Part shown: positions 51,801 to 59,420 of the stretch, in pieces
Numbering within the stretch: position 1 is the first letter of the stretch
Layout of the letters: each line of letters starts with the position of its first letter
DNA from: an uncultured Chloroflexia bacterium
GTDB lineage: Bacteria; Chloroflexota; Chloroflexia; Chloroflexales; Herpetosiphonaceae
Direction: 5' to 3'
DNA length: 64,000 nt
NCBI GenBank assembly: GCA_963767035.1
Contig: CAVYBW010000001.1
Coordinates: 2,246,547 to 2,310,546, forward strand
Program-made: the position numbers and the translations under genes
The notes under the pieces: model-generated
The model's input: only the letters and a program-made list of their open reading frames with translations
Told to the model about the DNA's origin: nothing
The model's database searches: none

Positions 51801-52003
51801 CCGTCAGCACCAACAGCAGCCTTGCGCCAAACTCCAGCAAAACCTACACCATCGCAGTGCGGAGTGTTGGCACGTTTGTTGGAACCGTCAGCAACACCGC
51901 TGTGCTCAATAGCGATATTGATTTGACTGCCGATGATGTGACCATCACGGCTACGTCAAACCCAAGCTTTACCGTCTACATGCCGTTAGTTACCAAAAAC
52001 TAA
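48848..52003 (+). CDS. ExeM/NucH-family extracellular nuclease (lamin-tail domain + endonuclease/exonuclease/phosphatase domain + C-terminal DUF11-like repeat).
   Basis: Signal peptide. LTD motif LVISQFQ...GDEFIELHN...IDLNGYRV. EEP domain ending SDHDPIVVGLDL. GTG start at 48848 with GGAGGA RBS. Confidence 0.75.
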   Translation: MHFKGLRLLTALTMLFTLIGTSLSATYTTPTSAVSTSLVISQFQTAGATAGDEFIELHNISASPIDLNGYRVVYRSVSGTTDTAIVNWTTSVVIPAGGFYLLANSGYDGSVTADQPFTSGLAAAGGGIAIRNGAANTGTLIDSVGFGTATNAFVEGTATGAPAADSSYQRNNSSCADTDNNAADFSLLTPSAPRNSGSPVATCGGSPVDNAPTVASTVPANAANNVALNANVTISFSEPVTTTGTWYTISCTSGTRTASVTGGPTSYVLDPSSDFAANDACTVTVIASQITDRDGTPDALAQNYSFSFNVSSGVACSGGTVTPIGQVQGTGETSPSNGSVVTVQGTVVADYEGAQPALRGFYLQDAGDNNAATSDGIFVFNGGAEQVALGQVVRVTGTAGENQGQTQLSGSLTVELCGTTNVVTPTQVSLPFASDTEAERYEGMLVQFNQKLVVSEHYLLARFGQVTLSLNERLAQPTNVVSPGAPALALQAQNNLHKIVLDDPFNNQNADPILFGRGGNGLSAANTLRAGDSITGLQGVMTYTWGGATASPNSYRVRVSQSPNFVAENPRPTSLELDGSLRVAGVNVLNYFNTFGNGACTGGVGGAATDCRGAENATEFQRQKDKTIAAIIMTQADVIGLMEIENDGFGSSSAIQDLVNGLNAATAPGTYALVNVDALTGQTNPLGTDAIKVALLYKPGKVSLAGTTAVLNTGAFGTFNTSSGPTGRNRPALSQSFTETSSGETFTVVVNHLKSKGSACADNISPVPSDPDLGDGQGNCNLTRKTAAQELVNWLNTDPTNIDDSDYLIIGDLNSYAMEDPITTIRNAGYVNVPKTLLGDEAYSYIFDGQTGSLDHALASNSLFSQVADVQELHINSDEPIALDYNTNFKSPGQIVSLYSNNAYRASDHDPIVVGLDLGAAPSANFNTSTKTVSSTSVEQGEVFTYTLTIRNTGTAEGSFSLSDLISSNLQIVSVSAGLTTNGQTVSTNSSLAPNSSKTYTIAVRSVGTFVGTVSNTAVLNSDIDLTADDVTITATSNPSFTVYMPLVTKN

Positions 52004-52018
52004 TCTGGCCTGCGACCA

Positions 52019-52056
52019 AGCGCCCAGCACCGCAATTGGTGCTGGGCGCTTTTTTG
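52019..52056 (+). terminator. Rho-independent terminator of the nuclease gene.
   Basis: agcgcccagcacc-gcaatt-ggtgctgggcgct followed by tttttt. Confidence 0.85.
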
Positions 52057-52227
52057 GTTAATCATCGAAAGCCGCTTATCAATAATTGGACGAAGGGGAG
52101 TAAGCGTCCAGTTTCCATAAATCGCAGCACAACAACCGCGTTAACCCTCAGGATATATTGGGGCTTGCATAAGCCAAACCAGCCCTGTAAGCTAACAGCA
52201 CCAAATTCAACCAATTGGGAGCGAGAG

Positions 52228-53319
52228 ATGCTTGTTTTTTGGCATACCTATCAACAGCTTAAACGTTTGAGCTTGACGCTAAGTATAGGCTTGGGTTTGG
52301 CAGCATGCGCAATTCACGGCAATTACTCCTCGGATAATCCACCAACCAGTCCACCAGCCGAACTTCAAATCGAAGCAGGCTTTACGATTAACCCACTGAT
52401 TACTGGCCTCAATCAACCAACTGGGCTGGCGTATGATCCCCAAGGGCGCTTGTATATTGCCCAACGCTCAGGCAGCGTGCTGATCAAAGAGGGCGATAAT
52501 CCGCCTCGCGAGTATGCCACTGGCTTCAATAAACCCTTAAGTGTGCACTGGTTTGAGCAGGCCTTGTATGTAGTTGAACAAGGCCAGATTCAGCGCTTGA
52601 GCGATAGTAATGGCGATGGCAGCGTTGATCAGCAAACGGTTTTATTAAGCGATCTGCCTGACCAAATTGAAGCGGCAACCTTGGTTTCTGATGATCAAGG
52701 TTGGCTCTATCTCGGCGTGGGCACTGGGGCCGATCATACCCCAACCGCTGGAATTCAAGAGGGCTATATTCGGCGCTTTCGGGCCGATGGCAGCGAATCG
52801 AGCGTGTATGCCACAGGTTTGCGCATGCCGTTTGGCTTGGCCTTTGATACACAGCAGCAACTGTATGCCACCGACAATGGGCGCGAAGGACTTGGCGATG
52901 ATCTTCCGCCAGATGAGGTTAATCGAATTACAGCTGGAGCCAATTATGGTTGGCCAACGTGTTGGGGCCAGCGCCAGCCGGATGCTGATGGTGGTGGCGA
53001 TCAAGCAGCGTGTGCAACCACCAGCGAGCCAGCAGCACTTTTGCCAGCACATAGTGGCGTAACCGGAATTGTGTTCTATCAGGGCACAGCTTTTCCTGCC
53101 AAGTATCACGGCGATGGGTTTATTGGCTTATCAGGTTCGTGGTATAGCCAAGCATCACGCGGCCATAGCATTGTGCGCATGAACGCAGAAGACCAGAGCA
53201 TTCTGCCATTTGCCAGTGGTTTTGCACGCCCAGTTGGCTTGGTTATTAGTCCGCAAGGTCAACTGCTGGTAGCAGATTATGACCGTGGAATGATCGTTAT
53301 GATCGCAGCCCAACCTTAA
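52228..53319 (+). CDS. PQQ-dependent sugar (glucose/sorbosone) dehydrogenase-like beta-propeller lipoprotein.
   Basis: ATG at 52228 with GGGAG RBS. Lipobox GLAAC. Beta-propeller repeats with the LYIAQRSG/LYATDNGRE motifs typical of soluble aldose sugar dehydrogenases. Confidence 0.65.
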   Translation: MLVFWHTYQQLKRLSLTLSIGLGLAACAIHGNYSSDNPPTSPPAELQIEAGFTINPLITGLNQPTGLAYDPQGRLYIAQRSGSVLIKEGDNPPREYATGFNKPLSVHWFEQALYVVEQGQIQRLSDSNGDGSVDQQTVLLSDLPDQIEAATLVSDDQGWLYLGVGTGADHTPTAGIQEGYIRRFRADGSESSVYATGLRMPFGLAFDTQQQLYATDNGREGLGDDLPPDEVNRITAGANYGWPTCWGQRQPDADGGGDQAACATTSEPAALLPAHSGVTGIVFYQGTAFPAKYHGDGFIGLSGSWYSQASRGHSIVRMNAEDQSILPFASGFARPVGLVISPQGQLLVADYDRGMIVMIAAQP

Positions 53320-53331
53320 ACGCAGAGAAAG

Positions 53332-53823
53332 TTGCAGGATAGGGCAAATTTGATCATCATTGCCTGTGGAGTTACCCCATGGGCCTTCGCGATCCAGCCA
53401 ACCACTGTTTGGTTATGGAGCGTAACGATCGTCACTACAACCGTTTGGGCCAAAGCGATGGGATTAATGTTCTACGATTGGTTTGCCGATCGCTCGGCTT
53501 GGCTTGATAGCCTACGATTAACCGTGGGAACACTGCTCGCGATTGGGATAAACTATCTCATTTTTCGGTCACCGACGGCGATTTATAGCAGCCTCGTCAG
53601 CCTGATTGGCTTGGATTACGCCAATTTGCGTTGGATTATCAAACAACGGGCGGCCAAAGCAATTCATCGTGATTCAGTGGGTCAGCTTAAAGTCGTTGAT
53701 TATCAACCAACTATCTATCAATCGCTCAGCAAAATTGTGATTATGATTAATTTGTTTGCGCTGATTGCAGCAATTCTTGGAACATTGTTCTTAGCATTTG
53801 TGATGTATTTTTTAGCTCGTTAA
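53332..53823 (+). CDS. Small polytopic membrane protein, paralogue 1 of 3.
   Basis: N-terminal LIIIACGVTPW. C-terminal GQLKVVDYQP motif. 3-4 TM. Confidence 0.55.
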   Translation: MQDRANLIIIACGVTPWAFAIQPTTVWLWSVTIVTTTVWAKAMGLMFYDWFADRSAWLDSLRLTVGTLLAIGINYLIFRSPTAIYSSLVSLIGLDYANLRWIIKQRAAKAIHRDSVGQLKVVDYQPTIYQSLSKIVIMINLFALIAAILGTLFLAFVMYFLAR

Positions 53824-53845
53824 TTATTGAGAGTAAGGAGAACCG

Positions 53846-54325
53846 ATGCAAAAACTTATTCTTGCCTGTGGCTACAATCCATTCGGCTACATTATTTTAT
53901 TCTTCATTGTTGTAATCCCCTTTGGGCTTACTTTAGGCATCAAATGGTTTTTTCTGGCGCAAACCCTACGCTCAAAGCACCGTTCGTTATTTCTCCATAG
54001 CTTAGGATTAACCTTTATCGTAGGATTGGTGATTGGCTTCGTTATAGGATCTTTCTATGTTTTACCCAGTTCTCTCTTTAGAATAGAAATCGGGGGTTTC
54101 TATTCTTATCAATTTTTTATTTGGGCTATCGTTTGCATTGTCGATACATTCTTGATCGAACGCTGGTCGATTAAACCTACAGTCCAAGCAATCAGCCTGA
54201 CTGATGATCAGCAGTTACAAGTTGAATCAGTAGCGATTAAATATCAGCCATCATGGGTCGCAGCCCTATTATCAAATACATTAATTGGCATCTTAATCAT
54301 GATCTTTTTTCAGATGGTCAATTAG
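53846..54325 (+). CDS. Small polytopic membrane protein, paralogue 2 of 3.
   Basis: MQKLILACGYNPFGY; QQLQVESVAIKYQP. Strong RBS AAGGAGAA. Confidence 0.65.
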   Translation: MQKLILACGYNPFGYIILFFIVVIPFGLTLGIKWFFLAQTLRSKHRSLFLHSLGLTFIVGLVIGFVIGSFYVLPSSLFRIEIGGFYSYQFFIWAIVCIVDTFLIERWSIKPTVQAISLTDDQQLQVESVAIKYQPSWVAALLSNTLIGILIMIFFQMVN

Positions 54326-54342
54326 TTTGTAACGAGGCAGTT

Positions 54343-54834
54343 ATGCAAAAACTTATTCTTGCCTGCGGCATCAATCCAATTGGAGCACTGATTGAACTGG
54401 TATTTTGGATTATTGGGTTTGGGTTGGCAATCATCATGATCGTGGTGGTTAAAGCTTGGGTTTTCCCCCGTAGTCAATGGGTTAATCGACGCGCACCCAT
54501 GCTTAAAAGTTTTCTGATGTTTATGACAGGTACAATTGTCACAATCCTAGTGATGGCTGGATTGTACTTCCTTGCCCCAACGCTGATTAGCTATCGATTA
54601 GGCTTTTTACGCCCATACCACATCATCCTGCTCCTAGCTATCTGCATTCACGATGCGTTTGTGCTTAACTATTGGCTCAAGCAAGGCGTTGCCCAAACAA
54701 TTAGTCTTGATGCAAGCCAACAATTACAGGTTGATCCTGCTCACACAAACTGGTATCAACCTATAGTTGTTGCATTCGGTATAAATCTGCTGCTGGTTCT
54801 ATTCGTGCTACCAGTTTTGGCCTTAACTGATTAG
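54343..54834 (+). CDS. Small polytopic membrane protein, paralogue 3 of 3.
   Basis: MQKLILACGINPIGA (34/36 nt identical to paralogue 2 at the 5' end); QQLQVDPAHTNWYQP. RBS GAGG. Confidence 0.65.
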   Translation: MQKLILACGINPIGALIELVFWIIGFGLAIIMIVVVKAWVFPRSQWVNRRAPMLKSFLMFMTGTIVTILVMAGLYFLAPTLISYRLGFLRPYHIILLLAICIHDAFVLNYWLKQGVAQTISLDASQQLQVDPAHTNWYQPIVVAFGINLLLVLFVLPVLALTD

Positions 54835-55010
54835 GCGACCATAATTGTGTAGCGATTCTAGCCTCGGAGCATAGCGCTTGGGCAGGTTTAACGGCTAAAA
54901 CTGATATCTTGCTGAAATTACTGAGAGTTGCTTGAAAAAGGGAACACAATTGGCCTCGTATCCGTTATGATAAGACAGCCGAATCGATTTTAGTGTGTGG
55001 AGTATTGGGT

Positions 55011-57317
55011 ATGCGCTGGATACGCTGGTGTTGGCTGCTGTTGCTGATAGCCCTACCGATCAGTGCAGCATCGGGCCAAGAGCAATCAAATGGGCTAGTT
55101 TGGCAAGTTGAGCCAGTTTTTGGCACCACCTATAAAGCTGGTGAATGGATGGCCTTGCGGGTCAAGGTCAGCAATACTGGGGTTGATCGCAAGGTTGAAA
55201 TTCACGTTGGAAACTACAACGTTGAGCTTGATGTACCTGGTGGCAGTCAAAAAGAAACCTTGTTGTATGGCCAATTTGATCAAGCGTTTCGGGTGCCGAT
55301 GGCCATGTATTTAAATGGCGAGAAGCGCGAAACGGCTACGCTCCAGTTGCGCTCAACCGACCGCCCAATGGTGGCAACCTTGTTGGAGCAACCATTGGCC
55401 CAACTCACGAAGCTGGTGTTGGTTGCAACTGATAGTAAGCAACTACCCAACGAGCGCATTGGCCTCGATATGCTCGACGGGATTGCGCTTAATCAGCGTT
55501 CTTGGAGCGAGCTAACCCCTGAACAACAAAAAGCGATCAAACAATGGGTCAATAATGGTGGCATTTTGTTAGTTGAGCCAAATCTGCTTGAAGATTTGCC
55601 AGCCGAGCTCCAGCCAGCCCAAGTTACTGGCGAACAAACCATTGCAACCACAACATTAAGCCAAGTTTTCAGCCAGCCATTTAATGAAGCTAGCCTGAAT
55701 GTTGCGCTGCTCCAGCCCAATAACCAATCAGCTGCGAGCCTCAAGCAAGATCAAACGCCGATTTTGGTTAAACGGGCAGTTGGGCGCGGCTTTGTGATTG
55801 CGAGTGCTTTTAATCTCGATGAGCCAACATTAACCGCATGGCGTGGCTATGAAAATCTGTTATCATCGCTCTTTCCCCAAAATCAAAACCTAGGCTGGAT
55901 GGGCGTTGGCAGCGAAAGTATGTTACGCGATAGCAGTGCTCCGGCCTTACTCAACAATTTACCAGCGCTCGATCTACCACCACTCAAAACCTTGCTCATT
56001 CTTTTGGGCATTTATATTGTTTTGGCTGGCCCAGTGACCTACCTCGTGCTGCGGCGACTTGATCGCATGGCCTTGGCTTGGCTAACAATTCCTGCATTAA
56101 CCTTAATTTTTGCAGTCTTAGCTTATGGCATTGGCTCAAAACAACGTGGCACTGATATTTTAGTCCACGATTTGGCGATCATTTACCCCGATGATTCGGC
56201 CAATGCCACAGTGCTGGGCTATGCAGGCATATTCTCGCCGGTTCGCGAGGAATATCAAGTAACGATCAAGCATGGAGCCTATCCGCGCCCGCTCTTGGTT
56301 AACGCCAATATGGGTGGTAATAATGGTGGGGTCAATGCAACCAGAGCACTCTATAGCCACCAACCAGGTGATATTCGCAACTTGACGATTAATCAATGGT
56401 CGATGGAAATGTTTGCCTATGAACGCGATATCAGCGATGCGCCACATGTGCAAATCGAAATCAGCATGCAAGCCAAAAAAATCATTGGCACCGTGCGCAA
56501 CACCAGCAAATATACCCTGAATGAAGCGGCATTTATTATGTTAGGTAATGCCCAAAAGTTTGGCACCATCGAGCCAGGCGCTGAAAAATCAATTGAATTG
56601 CAAATTAACAATAATCCCTCGATGTCGGGTGCCAGCTATTTGCTCTACCAAAAAGAGCTTGATGCTGGCTATCAAACCCCATTTGGCCCGCCGCGCGAGC
56701 TTTTGGCCAAAACCCAAGCACTTGATGTTGCTATCGCCAACAACTATGGCACCATCGATCGTAATGCGGTGTTTGTAGCCTTCGTCGATCTCAATCAATC
56801 GGTGATTGATTTACCCGAAAAGCGCTTTGCGGCAACGCAACGCAGCCTGTTAATTCAATATCCACAATTAAGCTATAGCCAAAGCGTAGTGGAACTGAGC
56901 AACAATTGGTTCAGCTATGTTTTGGAAGAAGATCCAAACATGGGCATGGGTTCGGCTTGTACCACCAGCGCCCGTGGAACCGGCAGCAGCATTACCCAAC
57001 GAACGGGGATTATCCAGCTGAGCCTACCTGCAAGCTTTAGCTCAATCGAGGCTCAATCGTTACGCTTCTTGCCAACCATGGATGGCGGCATGGCCGCCAC
57101 CAATAAATTAAGCTACGAGCTTTACAATTGGACTACTGCCCAATGGGATGCTGTCAGCTTCAAAAATGGCGCGATTGACCTGACGACCAGCCCAAGCGAC
57201 TATTTGCAACAAGGCAACATCCGCATGCGCTACACGCTTGATCCATCGGTGGATACAACTGGTGGGCTGTGGGGCTGTTTCTCGGCTGGGCCAGTGCTTT
57301 CGGGAGTCGTCAAATGA
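55011..57317 (+). CDS. Large membrane protein; putative GldG-like auxiliary component of an ABC-2 transporter with an extra C-terminal extracytoplasmic domain.
   Basis: Signal/TM MRWIRWCWLLLLIALPISAASG. The segment QWVNNGGILLVEPN resembles ABC_transp_aux. TM pair at about aa 325-385. Its stop overlaps the ATPase start (ATGA). Confidence 0.5.
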   Translation: MRWIRWCWLLLLIALPISAASGQEQSNGLVWQVEPVFGTTYKAGEWMALRVKVSNTGVDRKVEIHVGNYNVELDVPGGSQKETLLYGQFDQAFRVPMAMYLNGEKRETATLQLRSTDRPMVATLLEQPLAQLTKLVLVATDSKQLPNERIGLDMLDGIALNQRSWSELTPEQQKAIKQWVNNGGILLVEPNLLEDLPAELQPAQVTGEQTIATTTLSQVFSQPFNEASLNVALLQPNNQSAASLKQDQTPILVKRAVGRGFVIASAFNLDEPTLTAWRGYENLLSSLFPQNQNLGWMGVGSESMLRDSSAPALLNNLPALDLPPLKTLLILLGIYIVLAGPVTYLVLRRLDRMALAWLTIPALTLIFAVLAYGIGSKQRGTDILVHDLAIIYPDDSANATVLGYAGIFSPVREEYQVTIKHGAYPRPLLVNANMGGNNGGVNATRALYSHQPGDIRNLTINQWSMEMFAYERDISDAPHVQIEISMQAKKIIGTVRNTSKYTLNEAAFIMLGNAQKFGTIEPGAEKSIELQINNNPSMSGASYLLYQKELDAGYQTPFGPPRELLAKTQALDVAIANNYGTIDRNAVFVAFVDLNQSVIDLPEKRFAATQRSLLIQYPQLSYSQSVVELSNNWFSYVLEEDPNMGMGSACTTSARGTGSSITQRTGIIQLSLPASFSSIEAQSLRFLPTMDGGMAATNKLSYELYNWTTAQWDAVSFKNGAIDLTTSPSDYLQQGNIRMRYTLDPSVDTTGGLWGCFSAGPVLSGVVK

Positions 57318-58267
57318 GCGAATTAGCCATCCAAACTGTCGATTTATTGCGGCGCTATGGCAAATATACTGCCGTCAACAAACTCAATCTAAGCATCACG
57401 CCTGGCAGTATTTTTGGTTTTCTTGGCCCCAACGGTGCTGGCAAAACCACCACTTTGCGCATGCTGGCAGGCTTGCTTGAGCCAACCAGCGGCCAAGTCT
57501 TTTTACACGGCCAACTGATTCAAAAAACCAGCACTGCGGCGGCAATCGTCGGCTATATGCCCGATTTCTTTGGGGTTTACGATGATCTGCGGGTCTGGGA
57601 ATATCTCGATTTCTATGCCCGCTGCCATGGAATTGAGCCAGCCAAGCGCAAAAGCACGGTCGATGGTCTGCTCGATTTGGTTGATCTGAGCGAAAAGCGC
57701 AATGCCTTTGTGCAACACCTGAGCCGTGGCATGCAACAACGCTTGTGCTTGGCCCATGCCTTGGTGCACGACCCCAAAATTTTGTTGCTCGACGAGCCAG
57801 CTAGTGGTCTCGACCCCCAAGCGCGGGTTGAATTGCGCGAGTTGCTGCGCACGCTGCGCGATATGGGCAAAACGATCATTCTTAGCTCGCATATCTTGAA
57901 TGAGCTAGAAGATATTTGTACCGATTTTGGTATTATGACCCGGGGCCAATTGTTGGCTCAAGGCTCACTCGAAACCTTGCGTCAGCGTAGCCGCCCGGCG
58001 CTACAAATCAAAGTGCTTGATGATTTAGAACGTGCTATGCGGCTGATTGGTGCCTAAGCCGGAGTGCTGCGGGTGCTTGAACCAGCCGAAGAAACACCCA
58101 ATCTGATCGAGGTTGAATTTGATGGCAATGAGCAGCAAGCAGCCCAACTATTGCTGAACCTCGCGCGGGCTGAGCTACCAGTTGCCGATTTCCATCGCGA
58201 AGACGATTCGCTTGAACGGCTGTTTTTGCAGCTGGTCAATGACCATGTTACGGAGGAACAGCTATGA
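57314..58267 (+). pseudogene. ABC-2-type transporter ATP-binding protein with an in-frame TAA at 58055-58057 separating the NBD from its C-terminal domain.
   Basis: Walker A GPNGAGKTT. Signature LSRGMQQR. Walker B LLLDEPASGLD. After the TAA the same frame continues with VLEPAEETPNLIEVEF...SLERLFLQL (typical C-terminal domain). Its end overlaps the permease start (ATGA). Confidence 0.6.
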
Positions 58268-59367
58268 GCAATCGTGCGGCTAGCCGTCGTTGGAGTTTGC
58301 AAGCCAACCCAATTGTGGTCAAAGAGCTTCGTTCGCGGATGCGCGGTGGGCGAGCATTTATCTTGCTCACGGGCTTTTTGCTCGGCTTAGGCTTGGTTGG
58401 CTATGGCTTGTTTCTGCGGGCCACCAGCGCACAAACCCAAGGTGCGCCTATTTTTAGTGCCCAAGTTGGCCAAACTCTGTTTGCAGGTTTAGCCTTTATG
58501 CTGCTGTTTCTGGTGATTTTAATTGCGCCAGCAGTCACCGTTGGGGCAATTAGCAGCGAACGCGAACGCCTGACCTATGAAATGTTGATCGCTACCAATT
58601 TGCCATCGCATCGGTTACTGTGGGGCAAATTGATCTCGGCGCTGTCGTATATTGCGCTCTTGCTCTTGGCGGCAATTCCATTGGGCAGTATCGTCTTTTT
58701 ATTTGGTGGCATCACACTTAAGTATGTTGTACAAGCAGCAGCAATTATTGTGCTGAGTGCCATTACCAGTGCCATGCTCGGCATTTGGGCCTCGGCCATG
58801 ACCGGCAAAACCGGGCGGGCTGCGGTCGTCAGTTATGTGATTATTGGGCTGGTGCTCGGTGGATTTTTGTTTGGAGCCGAAATCTGGACTAACCGCACCA
58901 CCGATCCGGTACCAACCGGCTTATTAGCACCCAACCCAATTAGCGCCCTAGCCTCAAGCCTTGGTACCTTGTCGGGGCCAAGCGGCGGCGGCACGATTAC
59001 CACAATGCGCGCATTCGAAGCAGTGCCAATGGCGGCTGGCGGTGGGCCTGGTTGGTGGCCAGGCAACAGCACCTTTGGTAATACTGGCTTGAATTTCCCT
59101 GGTTGGCAAACCTTTTCAATTGGCATTTACCCAGCCACCGATCAATTTGGCCCCGATGGCATGCCAATTATTGCAGAGCCACGCTCGGTTTGGCGCATAA
59201 CGATCATTATTTTGATTCTGGCATGTTTGCTGTTTTTCTGGATAGCGCTGCACGCGGTCAAGCCCCGCCGTCGCTGGTGGCCAACGTGGGGCGATGCGGC
59301 GATGCTCTCGGTCACCTCGCTAAGTTTGCTTGGCTTAGGTTTTTGGATCGGCTGGTGGTTCCGGTAA
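58264..59367 (+). CDS. ABC-2-family permease.
   Basis: 6 TM with the ABC-2 fold and a large Gly/Pro-rich loop before the last TM. Confidence 0.7.
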   Translation: MSNRAASRRWSLQANPIVVKELRSRMRGGRAFILLTGFLLGLGLVGYGLFLRATSAQTQGAPIFSAQVGQTLFAGLAFMLLFLVILIAPAVTVGAISSERERLTYEMLIATNLPSHRLLWGKLISALSYIALLLLAAIPLGSIVFLFGGITLKYVVQAAAIIVLSAITSAMLGIWASAMTGKTGRAAVVSYVIIGLVLGGFLFGAEIWTNRTTDPVPTGLLAPNPISALASSLGTLSGPSGGGTITTMRAFEAVPMAAGGGPGWWPGNSTFGNTGLNFPGWQTFSIGIYPATDQFGPDGMPIIAEPRSVWRITIIILILACLLFFWIALHAVKPRRRWWPTWGDAAMLSVTSLSLLGLGFWIGWWFR

Positions 59368-59377
59368 AGTTGTAGTT

Positions 59378-59417
59378 CAAACACGGTGCAAGCTACGTTT
59401 GGCTCGCACCGTGTTTG
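59378..59417. terminator. Hairpin between convergent genes (putative bidirectional terminator).
   Basis: caaacacggtgc...gcaccgtgtttg 11-12 bp stem. Confidence 0.45.
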
Positions 59418-59420
59418 TGT

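Noticed and set aside
58064-58267. Treating the 67-aa ORF as an independent small gene.
   Set aside because: It is in frame with, and homologous to, the C-terminal domain of the upstream ABC ATPase. It is separated only by a TAA and is better explained as part of that gene.
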